Positions 1 to 8,379 of a DNA stretch of 64,000 bases are shown one piece after another. Under the pieces are notes generated by a model. The model was not told the DNA's origin. It saw only the letters and a program-made list of their open reading frames with translations, and made no database searches. Both the position numbers and the translations under genes were made by a program. Within the stretch, counting starts at the first letter, position 1. Every line of letters starts with the position of its first letter. The DNA is from a bacterium (GTDB lineage: Bacteria > Patescibacteriota > Minisyncoccia > Phycocordibacterales > UBA9973): the NCBI GenBank assembly GCA_021824345.1, contig JAKAKW010000002.1, positions 22,552 to 86,551 of the forward strand. Direction: 5' to 3'.

Positions 1-93
1 GTTCTATATTATTTTTCCAGTTAAAGCCACCTTGCTCATCTTTTGTCAGTAAATCATCTACCTTGTCATATGTTTCTTCTTGCGGTGATATTT

Positions 94-915
94 TCATATT
101 GGAGAATAAGGATCAAAATCGTCATCCCTTCGGTTAGAATTGAACCGCTCGTTGAATATCTGTTCGCGGATCTTGTCTATGATAATATCTTTTGCAATTT
201 GAATATCAGTCATTCTCAGCTCTTCTAAAAAGTCATCAAGCAGATCGAACGATACAACATCAATTAGAAAATATTTGTTTATTTGGCGATCCTTTTTTAG
301 GTAAGAATAATCAACTCCTAGTTGAAAATTGTTTTCAATCTTTTCATACTTATTTGTGCTATCTTCGGCAACTCTGTATGTTCTTTTAAAAGAATCGAGA
401 ATGATTATAGGATAATCTAGACGATAGCTTTCATAATTGTAATTTTCAAGCGATATTAAGCTGTGAAGCGATCCATTCGTTCCATCATAAAAAATGTCTA
501 CATTTCCAGATTTGGCATTTAGTTTAGCAACAGGCTCATTCTTCAGATAGTGATGAGGTCTTGCTTTTAATTCTTCTGTTACCATAAGCTCGGTGTCTGC
601 ACAGTCTCTCATTATTTGATTTTCTTGAATAAGGTCTTTCGTTTTTTTCATATCCTTTTCCACGAACCACAATACATTGTCATTGTCTACATACTTACAC
701 TCTGCAAAAAGCCGGACAGAAAGTCTCTGACCGCTGTCGCCAATAGAAAATTTCTTTTGCGCCAATATATCAATTTCACGAGGTTTATCTGTAACAGGAT
801 CCGCATAATATTGTCCAACAGTTGCTTCCCACCCAAGAGACTCCAAATGTTTGGCAACCTTTAAATGAAAGCCGTTGCCACTTTTTTCTATTATTTTTAG
901 GATAGAATCATTCAT
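94..915 (-). CDS. hypothetical protein with a PD-(D/E)xK-like nuclease motif; candidate restriction endonuclease partner of the adjacent Vsr/MTase
   Basis: 273-aa ORF. Motif PREIDILAQ...RLFAECKYV matches the D...(D/E)xK spacing. Lies directly downstream of vsr on the same strand with a 13-bp gap. Confidence 0.4.
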   Translation of the reverse strand: MNDSILKIIEKSGNGFHLKVAKHLESLGWEATVGQYYADPVTDKPREIDILAQKKFSIGDSGQRLSVRLFAECKYVDNDNVLWFVEKDMKKTKDLIQENQIMRDCADTELMVTEELKARPHHYLKNEPVAKLNAKSGNVDIFYDGTNGSLHSLISLENYNYESYRLDYPIIILDSFKRTYRVAEDSTNKYEKIENNFQLGVDYSYLKKDRQINKYFLIDVVSFDLLDDFLEELRMTDIQIAKDIIIDKIREQIFNERFNSNRRDDDFDPYSPI

Positions 916-928
916 TTTTCTAGTTTAC

Positions 929-1372
929 TCATTCATCCCTTAGAAAATCTTCAATATTATTTAATGTGTTTCTTTCTGTATTTAATAAATCCCTTCCCCA
1001 AACTCTTAAAACTTTCCATCCCTCTCTCCGTAATTTTGCCCTGTTTCTTTTGTCTCGCGCAATATTGCCCTCTATCTTTTCCCGCCAATACTTCTTCGGC
1101 AACCTGTTCTTTTCTTTTGCAAAATTCCTTCCGTGCCAGAAATCTCCGTCTATGAATATGGCTATCTTCTTGCGGGGCAGGGCGATATCAGGGGTTCCAG
1201 GGGCTTTTTTGTAATGCTTTTGGAAATAAATCTTCCTTTTCCTGAGCTCCTTGAATGCTATAAGCTCCGGCCTTGTGTTTTTAGAGCGTATTTTCGACAT
1301 TATTTCGCTCCGCTTCTTTTTTGTGAATACGTCCATCGTTTTTCTGTCTTGCCAATGGCTATTGCCTTGCAT
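929..1372 (-). CDS. vsr: very short patch repair (Vsr) endonuclease
   Basis: 147 aa. Carries the Vsr hallmark FIDGDFWHG plus RSKNTRPE and LRREGWKVLRVW motifs. Transcribed divergently from a C5-MTase. Confidence 0.85.
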   Translation of the reverse strand: MQGNSHWQDRKTMDVFTKKKRSEIMSKIRSKNTRPELIAFKELRKRKIYFQKHYKKAPGTPDIALPRKKIAIFIDGDFWHGRNFAKEKNRLPKKYWREKIEGNIARDKRNRAKLRREGWKVLRVWGRDLLNTERNTLNNIEDFLRDE

Positions 1373-1386
1373 TTCGGTTTTTGTTC

Positions 1387-1407
1387 GGTATAATAGGATT
1401 ATATACC
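1387..1407. promoter_or_regulatory. imperfect palindrome GGTATAATAGGATTATATACC whose two halves each contain a TATAAT-like -10 box for the divergent vsr and MTase promoters; candidate operator for the LexA-like domain
   Basis: Read directly from the 55-bp divergent intergenic region. TATAAT at 1389-1394 on the plus strand and ATTATA at 1398-1403 (TATAAT on the minus strand). ATG of the MTase at 1427. Confidence 0.3.
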
Positions 1408-1426
1408 TAATATTTTTTATCGCAAT

Positions 1427-3010
1427 ATGGAAACGTTAACAAAAAAGCAGAAGCAGGTTCTTGATTTCATAAACGCATACAGGGCGGAGAACGGCATTTC
1501 GCCCACGATCGAGGAAATAAGAAAAGGCCTGAAGCTGAAGGCGGTTTCTACCGTGCACGAGCACGTGAATGCCTTGAAGGAGAAAGGATACATATCCGGC
1601 GAGGAAAATTCTGCAAGAAGCCTTGTTCCTAAAAAGGCGATAAAGACGATAGTTGAAATCCCCATAGTGGGAAGAATAGCCGCGGGCGACCCTATTGAGG
1701 CTATTGAAGACTTTCAGGACACTGTTTCCATATCCGATCCTTCAATAAAAAGCCACAAAGATTATTACGCCTTGAAAGTGGCAGGCGATAGCATGATAGA
1801 AGAGGGAATATTCGACGGAGATATAGTGGTGATAAAAAAGCAGTCTTCGGCGGAAAACGGGCAGACGGTTGTTGCTATCATTGATGATGAAAAAGCCACC
1901 TTGAAGAAGCTATACAGGGAAAAAGACCGATTCAGGCTGCAGCCGGCAAATTCAAGGATGAAGCCTCTTTTTAGGACGGAAGTAGAGGTAAGGGGAGTTG
2001 TGGCGCAAATAATCAGAAACTTGGCTAATGCGCAAAATACCGCAGAGGAGAAAAAGGTGACAACAAGCAAATTCAGGACAATTGATTTATTCGCGGGGAT
2101 AGGAGGAATAAGGATAGGGTTCGAGAAGGCAGGGTTTAATACCGTCTTTGCAAACGATTTCGATGAACAGTGCAAGAAAACCTATGATTTGAATTTTCCT
2201 ACTTCTAAATTGGTGGTGGAAGACATAAGAAAACTAGGAATAGAGGATCTACCTGATTTTGATTTTCTCTTGGGCGGGTTTCCTTGCCAGGCCTTTTCCA
2301 TAGCGGGGTATAGGCAGGGCTTCAAGGATGAAAAGGGAAGAGGAAACTTGTTTTTTGATATTGCCAGGATAATTGAAGCGCGGAAGCCTGAAGGGTTCCT
2401 GTTGGAAAACGTTAAGAATCTTAAAAGCCACGACAATGGCAAGACTTTCAGAGTGATAGAAAAAACCTTGAAAGAATTGGGATATCACATACAAACAAAA
2501 GTTTTGAATACCATGGACTACGGCAATGTTCCGCAGAATAGGGAAAGGATATACATAGTCGGGTTCAAGGATAAAAATCGCGCGGATAGGTTTTCCTTCC
2601 CCGAGCCCGTAAAGCTTAGGAGGAAAGTCACCCATTTATTGGATAAGAAAGTTCCAGAAAAATATTACTATAACGGCAAGCCTCTTTATGAAAAGCTCAA
2701 GCATTTTGTAAAAGAAGAGGGAAAAGTATATCAGTGGAGGCGCCAGTATGTGAGAGAAAATAAGAGCGGAGTATGTCCGACCTTGACGGCGAATATGGGA
2801 ATGGGGGGGCATAATGTGCCCATTATCAAAGACAAGAAAGGAATACGGAAGCTTACTCCCCGGGAGTGCGCCCGCATACAGGGATTCTCCGATGATTACA
2901 AGCTTCCCGAAATTGCGGATTCCGCGCTATATAAGCAATTAGGGAATTCTGTCAGCGTGCCTGTTATAGAAGCAGTAGCCAAGCAGATGAAGAAAGTTCT
3001 AAACGGCTAA
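1427..3010 (+). CDS. fusion protein: full-length LexA (winged-helix domain, Ala-Gly cleavage site, S24 Ser/Lys dyad) fused to a C5-cytosine DNA methyltransferase
   Basis: N-terminal 205 aa aligns with LexA: VGRIAAGDP (cleavage site), GDSM (Ser), KKLYR (Lys), VVAQIIRN. C-terminal domain carries MTase motifs I (DLFAGIGG), IV (GFPCQAFS), VI (ENVKNL) and X (QLGNSVSVPV). Confidence 0.85.
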   Translation: METLTKKQKQVLDFINAYRAENGISPTIEEIRKGLKLKAVSTVHEHVNALKEKGYISGEENSARSLVPKKAIKTIVEIPIVGRIAAGDPIEAIEDFQDTVSISDPSIKSHKDYYALKVAGDSMIEEGIFDGDIVVIKKQSSAENGQTVVAIIDDEKATLKKLYREKDRFRLQPANSRMKPLFRTEVEVRGVVAQIIRNLANAQNTAEEKKVTTSKFRTIDLFAGIGGIRIGFEKAGFNTVFANDFDEQCKKTYDLNFPTSKLVVEDIRKLGIEDLPDFDFLLGGFPCQAFSIAGYRQGFKDEKGRGNLFFDIARIIEARKPEGFLLENVKNLKSHDNGKTFRVIEKTLKELGYHIQTKVLNTMDYGNVPQNRERIYIVGFKDKNRADRFSFPEPVKLRRKVTHLLDKKVPEKYYYNGKPLYEKLKHFVKEEGKVYQWRRQYVRENKSGVCPTLTANMGMGGHNVPIIKDKKGIRKLTPRECARIQGFSDDYKLPEIADSALYKQLGNSVSVPVIEAVAKQMKKVLNG

Positions 3011-3571
3011 GCCTTTCATTTTTTTGAACAGGTTTTCCATATCCTTTAAATCATCCCAATATACGAACATGTTATCATTATTAAAAGACATGCCTTTAAA
3101 GTTTTTACCCGCGGCTAGTTCCTGAAAATCATTCCTAGAGGCCCAGCCCCTTCTTTCAACTCGTATGCCGTTAAGAGCCGGAAAATCAGAAAATATTTCT
3201 TCTCCCCGGCCTCCCAAGCTCCTGAAAAATCTCTGCCCGGTGCTGGATTTTTTCCAATGCACTTTATAGCCTATGAATAATCCCGCTTGCCTGTCTCCCT
3301 CGAATTCATTTTTTGAAATCAGCATGAAATACTGCACGTCTTTTACCTGTATCTTGGTTTTTGGGGCAAAATAAGAACCTCCGGAAAACTTTATTTTCTT
3401 TACATCCTGCCCCTCATCTGTGTTTGAGGTTCCGATATAAAAATCCCTGTTCAGTTCTATACCTATACCATGTTTCTCGCAGTCCATCTTAAAGGCCACT
3501 TCATTTAAAAGGCCTTTAGTAATATCCATCATGGCCTCTATATCATATCTTGTTTTTCCGCTTGAATACAA
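2999..3571 (-). CDS. hypothetical protein
   Basis: 190-aa ORF with no recognisable motifs. Overlaps the MTase 3' end by 12 nt on the opposite strand. Confidence 0.35.
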   Translation of the reverse strand: MYSSGKTRYDIEAMMDITKGLLNEVAFKMDCEKHGIGIELNRDFYIGTSNTDEGQDVKKIKFSGGSYFAPKTKIQVKDVQYFMLISKNEFEGDRQAGLFIGYKVHWKKSSTGQRFFRSLGGRGEEIFSDFPALNGIRVERRGWASRNDFQELAAGKNFKGMSFNNDNMFVYWDDLKDMENLFKKMKGLAV

Positions 3572-3618
3572 TGTAATAAAATTTTCATTTACCGCTTTCT
3601 TTGCCCAATTAAATTCCC

Positions 3619-4164
3619 CTATAATGCTTCCAGGGGGATTAAAATAGAGTTATCAAGGACAGATTGGCAATATTCCGAAATTTTTTTAAAACTAGTAAAT
3701 CCGTTTTTAATCGATCCGTTTCCCTGTGCGAGATTCTCAATCTTATTTGAGGAATTGGCTGATCCGCCTGCTACTCTCCTAAATTGGCCCAAGGATACGC
3801 TTTCATATCCGTAAGGTCCAAGTATTTCATTTACAATTTCAAATACTCTAGGCAGGGCGTTTTCTTCTTCAAAGAAAATGTTTGTGTCTTCCTTTATGCC
3901 CCGGTTTGCTATGTTATCAGGGATTTTTATTTTCTCATTATTCATTTGTCCCCGGGCCAGGAGATTATTATAACTATCCTGTCGGACGGGGAATATATGG
4001 GGAGTTTGCATAACAAGCTCCTTTTTATCAGGGAAATGAGATAGGATAGGGGCGCTTTTAATTATTGTTTTAATTATTGCGGTTCCAAGGCATTGAACCA
4101 TTACGATACCTTGACATATAGCATAAAATGCTGTATTATATTTATAATTTCTGATCGTTGACAA
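3619..4164 (-). CDS. hypothetical protein (doubtful; TTG start; overlaps small-peptide copy 1 on the opposite strand)
   Basis: 181-aa ORF. Its reading frame through the repeat element is not conserved in the other three copies (stop codon in copy 2). Confidence 0.2.
   Translation of the reverse strand: MSTIRNYKYNTAFYAICQGIVMVQCLGTAIIKTIIKSAPILSHFPDKKELVMQTPHIFPVRQDSYNNLLARGQMNNEKIKIPDNIANRGIKEDTNIFFEEENALPRVFEIVNEILGPYGYESVSLGQFRRVAGGSANSSNKIENLAQGNGSIKNGFTSFKKISEYCQSVLDNSILIPLEAL
3946..4044 (+). CDS. small ORF family member 1 (32 aa: LSPGQEIIITILSDGEYMGSLHNKLLFIREMR)
   Basis: One of four paralogous copies. Substitutions between copies fall mainly at third codon positions in this frame. TTG start. 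Confidence 0.45.
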   Translation: MSPGQEIIITILSDGEYMGSLHNKLLFIREMR

Positions 4165-4264
4165 TCATCTCTTGTCTCGATTTGTTGATTAGTTTTTGTC
4201 TCCTTCTTAAAGGAGGTAGAAACTAATTAACAAATCTAAACAATCAATATAGGAGAAAATCTAA

Positions 4265-5056
4265 ATGGAAAAAAATATCAAAGTGTTCGCTTTAGGAAGC
4301 GAAAATGATACTGTATTACTTGCCTTGAAACAGGCACTTTCTATAACCGGCATAACTTTCATTAAGGACGTTGTAGAATCCGATCTAGTGGTTTCAACAT
4401 CAATTCACGACGTTGGCAGGATATATAATCCTGAGAAAAACTACGCTGTTGTCTCGATGGGGGAAAAGAAAACTGCTACATTACCTCGTAATGTAGAAAT
4501 TTTCAACGGCCCGCCTAATCTTCTTGAAATTCTGAAATATATTTCTTCAATTGAGGTCTCTCAAGAAGAAGAAATACAAAAAGCAGAATTACTTCCTGAT
4601 GCAAAAAAGATTCTTGTTGTTGACGATACTCTTAGGCATCGAAATAGCGCAAAGGATCTATTAAAAGGTCATATTTTGACAATAGTTGATGGATACGAAC
4701 TGGCGCTTGACGCTCTTTCGTCGCAGAAGTTTGATGTCGTTCTTACAGATCTTAAACTTCCCATGAGCTCTTCCATACTTTCCCCGAACGTATTTAAATG
4801 GGGTGAGCTGGAAAATTATGGAGTGTTTATCATGTTAGAGGCTGCAAGGGTTGGTGTAAAGCACATAGCAATTGTCACTGACCTAAATCATCATCTTGAT
4901 CCTTTTTCCGCCGCTTTTGATCACTTTTCTCAGTATTTGTTTAATATTAACGGCTCGGATGCAGTCATGATTCATGCCAACTTGGTTGATAACAAAAAAG
5001 GAGAGACGGTAAAAGATTGGGGAGAAGCACTATCACGGGTTATGTCTGCTGAATAA
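4265..5056 (+). CDS. REC (CheY-like receiver) domain protein, no recognised output domain
   Basis: KKILVVDD...FDVVLTDLKLP receiver motifs in the C-terminal two thirds. Good AGGAG ribosome-binding site. Confidence 0.5.
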   Translation: MEKNIKVFALGSENDTVLLALKQALSITGITFIKDVVESDLVVSTSIHDVGRIYNPEKNYAVVSMGEKKTATLPRNVEIFNGPPNLLEILKYISSIEVSQEEEIQKAELLPDAKKILVVDDTLRHRNSAKDLLKGHILTIVDGYELALDALSSQKFDVVLTDLKLPMSSSILSPNVFKWGELENYGVFIMLEAARVGVKHIAIVTDLNHHLDPFSAAFDHFSQYLFNINGSDAVMIHANLVDNKKGETVKDWGEALSRVMSAE

Positions 5057-5093
5057 AGTGACTTGTTAAATAACTATTTTAGGAGGAACAGAC

Positions 5094-6221
5094 GTGAAAA
5101 GACAACTCAAAAAATTCCAACTAGAAGGTTTTCCATCCAAGAAAGAAATCATTAAAGCAGAAAAAGAAATCTTTCCATTAGTCTTATCTCCTTCCGTGAG
5201 TGCGCTCTGTAATCTGAGGTGTATATACTGTTATACTCGTGCTGGAAAAAAATTACCCGGAGAATTAGATTTTGCAGATCATGCGAAAGCAATCAATGAA
5301 TTTACTGAGCTTAATAGGCACAACAAATACATGATTATTGCAATGATGGGGGAAACTTTTTTGGATAAAAGTCTTTATAATGTAAAGGGAAAAAATATTG
5401 TTGATCCTATTACAAAAAAGAACTTTGTATCCAAGTTTCCCATTATAGATTATGCAAATAGATGCGGTATCAAGGTGGTCTTTTTCACAAACACTACCGT
5501 AATAAATAAAAAGATAGCCGAAGAACTAAAGGGTAAAAATGTTTCCATCATAGGTAAACTTAACACACTCAATCCTAAATTACAGGAAGAAATGACGGGC
5601 GGAAAAGGATTCTTTGTTGAAGAAGAATGGGTAGACTACGAATATTTGGTTGGAGGCAAGAAAAAAAAGATAAAAATCCCGAAAGGTCTTAATGCTTTGA
5701 TTGAAGCAGGATTTAACAAAATCAACGAAAGAGGCAATACAAGTTTAGGAGTTGATATAATCCTTACTGAAAAAAATTACAAGGATGTTCCTAAGGTTGT
5801 AGAATTTTGTCTAGAGAATTTTATTCATCCTGTTTTAGATACAATGCTTCCTATAGGATCAGCGGCAGAAAATTATTTTGAGCTGAAACTAAAAACGGAA
5901 ACAAACAGATGGCTATACAAAAGATTGCTTCAGCTGCTAGGTTCAAATTTTGCCGAGGCGGAATTTACCGGCAATCCATGTTCAACTTTTCGCGCCGGCA
6001 TTGCCTATGATAATTTCGGTAATGTGCGAATGTGTTGCGGAGGTGAAGCTGACGGTATAGGCAATATCAAAAGGGATAGCCTTAAGGATATTTATCAAAA
6101 AATGATTAGATACAAGGGGAATTTCCTGTCTAATTTAAGAGAAAATAAACTTGGCAATGACGTATTTCCTGAATGTCCAGTAGCAAATTATTTTCGAAAA
6201 GAATTAGAGAAAAGTATCTAA
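5094..6221 (+). CDS. radical SAM enzyme with a C-terminal Cys-rich SPASM/twitch-like domain
   Basis: CNLRCIYCY is a CxxxCxxC radical SAM motif near the N-terminus. The C-terminal segment NPCS...MCCGG...ECP carries auxiliary-cluster cysteines. Confidence 0.75.
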   Translation: MKRQLKKFQLEGFPSKKEIIKAEKEIFPLVLSPSVSALCNLRCIYCYTRAGKKLPGELDFADHAKAINEFTELNRHNKYMIIAMMGETFLDKSLYNVKGKNIVDPITKKNFVSKFPIIDYANRCGIKVVFFTNTTVINKKIAEELKGKNVSIIGKLNTLNPKLQEEMTGGKGFFVEEEWVDYEYLVGGKKKKIKIPKGLNALIEAGFNKINERGNTSLGVDIILTEKNYKDVPKVVEFCLENFIHPVLDTMLPIGSAAENYFELKLKTETNRWLYKRLLQLLGSNFAEAEFTGNPCSTFRAGIAYDNFGNVRMCCGGEADGIGNIKRDSLKDIYQKMIRYKGNFLSNLRENKLGNDVFPECPVANYFRKELEKSI

Positions 6222-6239
6222 TTATATTAACTTCTTGAA

Positions 6240-6270
6240 GGCCGGACTGGTAAACAGTCTGGCCTTTTAT
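6240..6270 (+). terminator. rho-independent terminator hairpin GGCCGGACTG-gtaaa-CAGTCTGGCC followed by TTTT
   Basis: Seen directly downstream of the radical SAM gene stop codon. Confidence 0.6.
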
Positions 6271-6343
6271 ATATCTTATCTTGGAGGCGGTTCGATTCCT
6301 GTCTGGTCAAAACCCCTTGCTATTGTTAGCTTAGAGAAAATCC

Positions 6344-6448
6344 GTGTCCCCGGCTCAGGAGATTATTATAACCATCCTATCGGATGGGGAATATATGGGA
6401 AGTTTGTATAATAAACTGTTGTTAATAAAGGAAATGACAGCAATCTGA
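6344..6448 (+). CDS. small ORF family member 2 (34 aa: VSPAQEIIITILSDGEYMGSLYNKLLLIKEMTAI)
   Basis: GTG start preceded by the conserved upstream leader ttgttagcttagagaaaatcc shared with copy 3. Confidence 0.45.
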   Translation: MSPAQEIIITILSDGEYMGSLYNKLLLIKEMTAI

Positions 6449-6494
6449 AAAAGATTAGTCTAAGGCTGTAAGATAGCTGTATAATAATAGAGAG

Positions 6495-7277
6495 ATGAAA
6501 ACAGCAATGCCACAAAAAGTAAAAAAAGTACTTGAAGAACTTTCAAATTTTTTTCAAGAAGTTCTAGGGAGAAATTTGGTTGGAATATATTTACACGGCT
6601 CATTAGCTATGGGGTGTTTTAATCCGGCTTCAAGCGATATAGATATTATTGCAGTTATAAAAGGCAAATTATCTTTACAGGCGAAGAATAAATTGCAGGC
6701 CGGAATTAGATTATCATCAAAAAAGTATCCACAGAACGAGTTTGAGATAAGCGTAGTGAAACAAGATGTATTGCGTAAGTTTAAATATCCTACGCCTTTT
6801 GAATTTCATTTTTCAAAATCATCTAAAAATGTAAGTGCCAAAAACAATACGGGTTACGATAATGACTTGGTTGCCCATTTTGCCATGGTTAAAAAGAGAG
6901 GACTCTGTTTATATGGAAAACCAATTAGGTCAATTTTTCCCAACATACCCAAAAAGTATTTTCTTAAGTCTATAGCGCAGGATGCCAAATGGAGTGCGGA
7001 AAATGTGCGCAAGGCAAAAGAGAAAGGAAAATGTCCTGTACCGACTTATGCCGTATTGAACTTTTGCCGGGCCATTGCTTTCATCAGAAGTAATGAGTTC
7101 TTTTCAAAGAAGGAAGGCGGTGAATGGGGTCTAAAGCATCTACCGAAGAAATATGCGCCAATAATAAAAGAGGCGTTAAAAAAATACAGGAAAAGAAATT
7201 CCGCAAAGACGGTTGATTCCGAACTATTGAAACAGTTTAGCGAATATTCTTGGAATGTAATAAAGAAATATTACTAG
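6495..7277 (+). CDS. AadA/ANT(3'')(9)-like nucleotidyltransferase (NTase fold plus DUF4111-like C-terminal domain)
   Basis: GIYLHGSLAMGCFNPASSDIDIIAV fits the GS...DxD NTase motif. C-terminal LPKKYAPIIKEALKKY resembles the AadA C-terminus. About 260 aa, as in AadA. Confidence 0.6.
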   Translation: MKTAMPQKVKKVLEELSNFFQEVLGRNLVGIYLHGSLAMGCFNPASSDIDIIAVIKGKLSLQAKNKLQAGIRLSSKKYPQNEFEISVVKQDVLRKFKYPTPFEFHFSKSSKNVSAKNNTGYDNDLVAHFAMVKKRGLCLYGKPIRSIFPNIPKKYFLKSIAQDAKWSAENVRKAKEKGKCPVPTYAVLNFCRAIAFIRSNEFFSKKEGGEWGLKHLPKKYAPIIKEALKKYRKRNSAKTVDSELLKQFSEYSWNVIKKYY

Positions 7278-7330
7278 CTCGATCCCGGTCTGGTCAGAAT
7301 ACCTTGCCATTGTTAGCTTAGAGAAAATCC

Positions 7331-7435
7331 GTGTCCCGGCGGGAGGAGTTTATTATAACCATCCTTTCGGATGGGGAATATATGGGGAACTTATATAATA
7401 AATTGTTGTTTATAAATTCCCTGAAAAATTCTTAA
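7331..7435 (+). CDS. small ORF family member 3 (34 aa: VSRREEFIITILSDGEYMGNLYNKLLFINSLKNS)
   Basis: GTG start, same upstream leader as copy 2. Confidence 0.45.
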   Translation: MSRREEFIITILSDGEYMGNLYNKLLFINSLKNS

Positions 7436-7452
7436 ATGGTTTTTAGTAAAAA

Positions 7453-8091
7453 CTATTTGCCTAATTCTTGAGCTGATTTAGCAACTTCATCGTTGAACAT
7501 TCCTTGAATACCTGCTACGTATTTGTTCGCTTCTTCACCCGTAACCTCGGTTGATTCACCTGTGGCAAAATTTACCGCCTTAACAACATACCCGTTATTT
7601 TCGGCAGAAATGTCGTAAATAAATACATTCTCCGGGTCAAGGTCAGCCTCGACTTTCGCATTTTCTTGTAATTTGTCCAATGGTGTGAATGCGTCCATTT
7701 CATTAAAAGCTGATTTCTCACCTTTTATACCCGAGGTTTTATTCAAAACCATTCTGTCAGCTGAGCCATCAAGATTGTTATCGATAAGTAGTCGCCCTCC
7801 ATTCTTTTCTTCACTCATCATCCATTTTGCCTTTCCATTTTCATCATAACCCACGATTAATTTCTGACCATCGGGCGATACCCATTTCTCTACTTTTGTA
7901 TTTCCAATATTGCCTTTCTGGCCTTTCTCTGATATTTGCAAAACAATCTTTTGCTCATTCTGTTTAGCCAGAGCTTTTAGGTCATCTATGTTTTTTCCTC
8001 CTTTTTCTAAAGCTTGGGCAAACCCGGGAAGATTCATAAGTACGGACAATGCTACTACTTTTGATACAGTCTTTATCTTTTCAAAATTCAT
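7453..8091 (-). CDS. secreted hypothetical protein (signal peptide)
   Basis: N-terminal hydrophobic segment ALSVLMNLPGFAQA. Confidence 0.45.
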   Translation of the reverse strand: MNFEKIKTVSKVVALSVLMNLPGFAQALEKGGKNIDDLKALAKQNEQKIVLQISEKGQKGNIGNTKVEKWVSPDGQKLIVGYDENGKAKWMMSEEKNGGRLLIDNNLDGSADRMVLNKTSGIKGEKSAFNEMDAFTPLDKLQENAKVEADLDPENVFIYDISAENNGYVVKAVNFATGESTEVTGEEANKYVAGIQGMFNDEVAKSAQELGK

Positions 8092-8252
8092 AATATTTGC
8101 TAGTTATTCTTAAATTAAGATATGGTGATTGCGACGTTTTATTTATACAATTTTTTTGTAAATGATACAAGATAGCCAAGTGACTAGGACACTTCTAGTT
8201 ATAAGTACCATCTCCTAACGACAAAAGAGCCTTAGTTTATAAGGACGAAAAT

Positions 8253-8351
8253 TTGTCCGCGGTCCAGGAGATTATTATAACCATTCTTTCGGATGGGGAA
8301 TATATGGGGAGCTTGTATAACAAGCTTCTTTTTATTAAGGAAATGAGATAA
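8253..8351 (+). CDS. small ORF family member 4 (32 aa: LSAVQEIIITILSDGEYMGSLYNKLLFIKEMR)
   Basis: TTG start with AGGA 8 nt upstream. Confidence 0.45.
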   Translation: MSAVQEIIITILSDGEYMGSLYNKLLFIKEMR

Positions 8352-8379
8352 AATAAAATATTTTAATTTCCAAGAACCT

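Noticed and set aside
1-228. Short ORFs at the window start (43..228 plus, 192..389 plus)
   Set aside because: They overlap the better-supported minus-strand 94..915 ORF and have no motifs or ribosome-binding sites.
3946-8351. Repeat units considered as noncoding MITEs, or as integron attC / VCR-like sites
   Set aside because: Inter-copy substitutions are overwhelmingly synonymous in one plus-strand frame, and an internal hairpin (CCATCC-tatc-GGATGG) is not conserved in copy 1 although the encoded ILSDG is. That indicates selection on a peptide, not on DNA or RNA structure. The cassette-like alternation is kept as an alternative in the findings.
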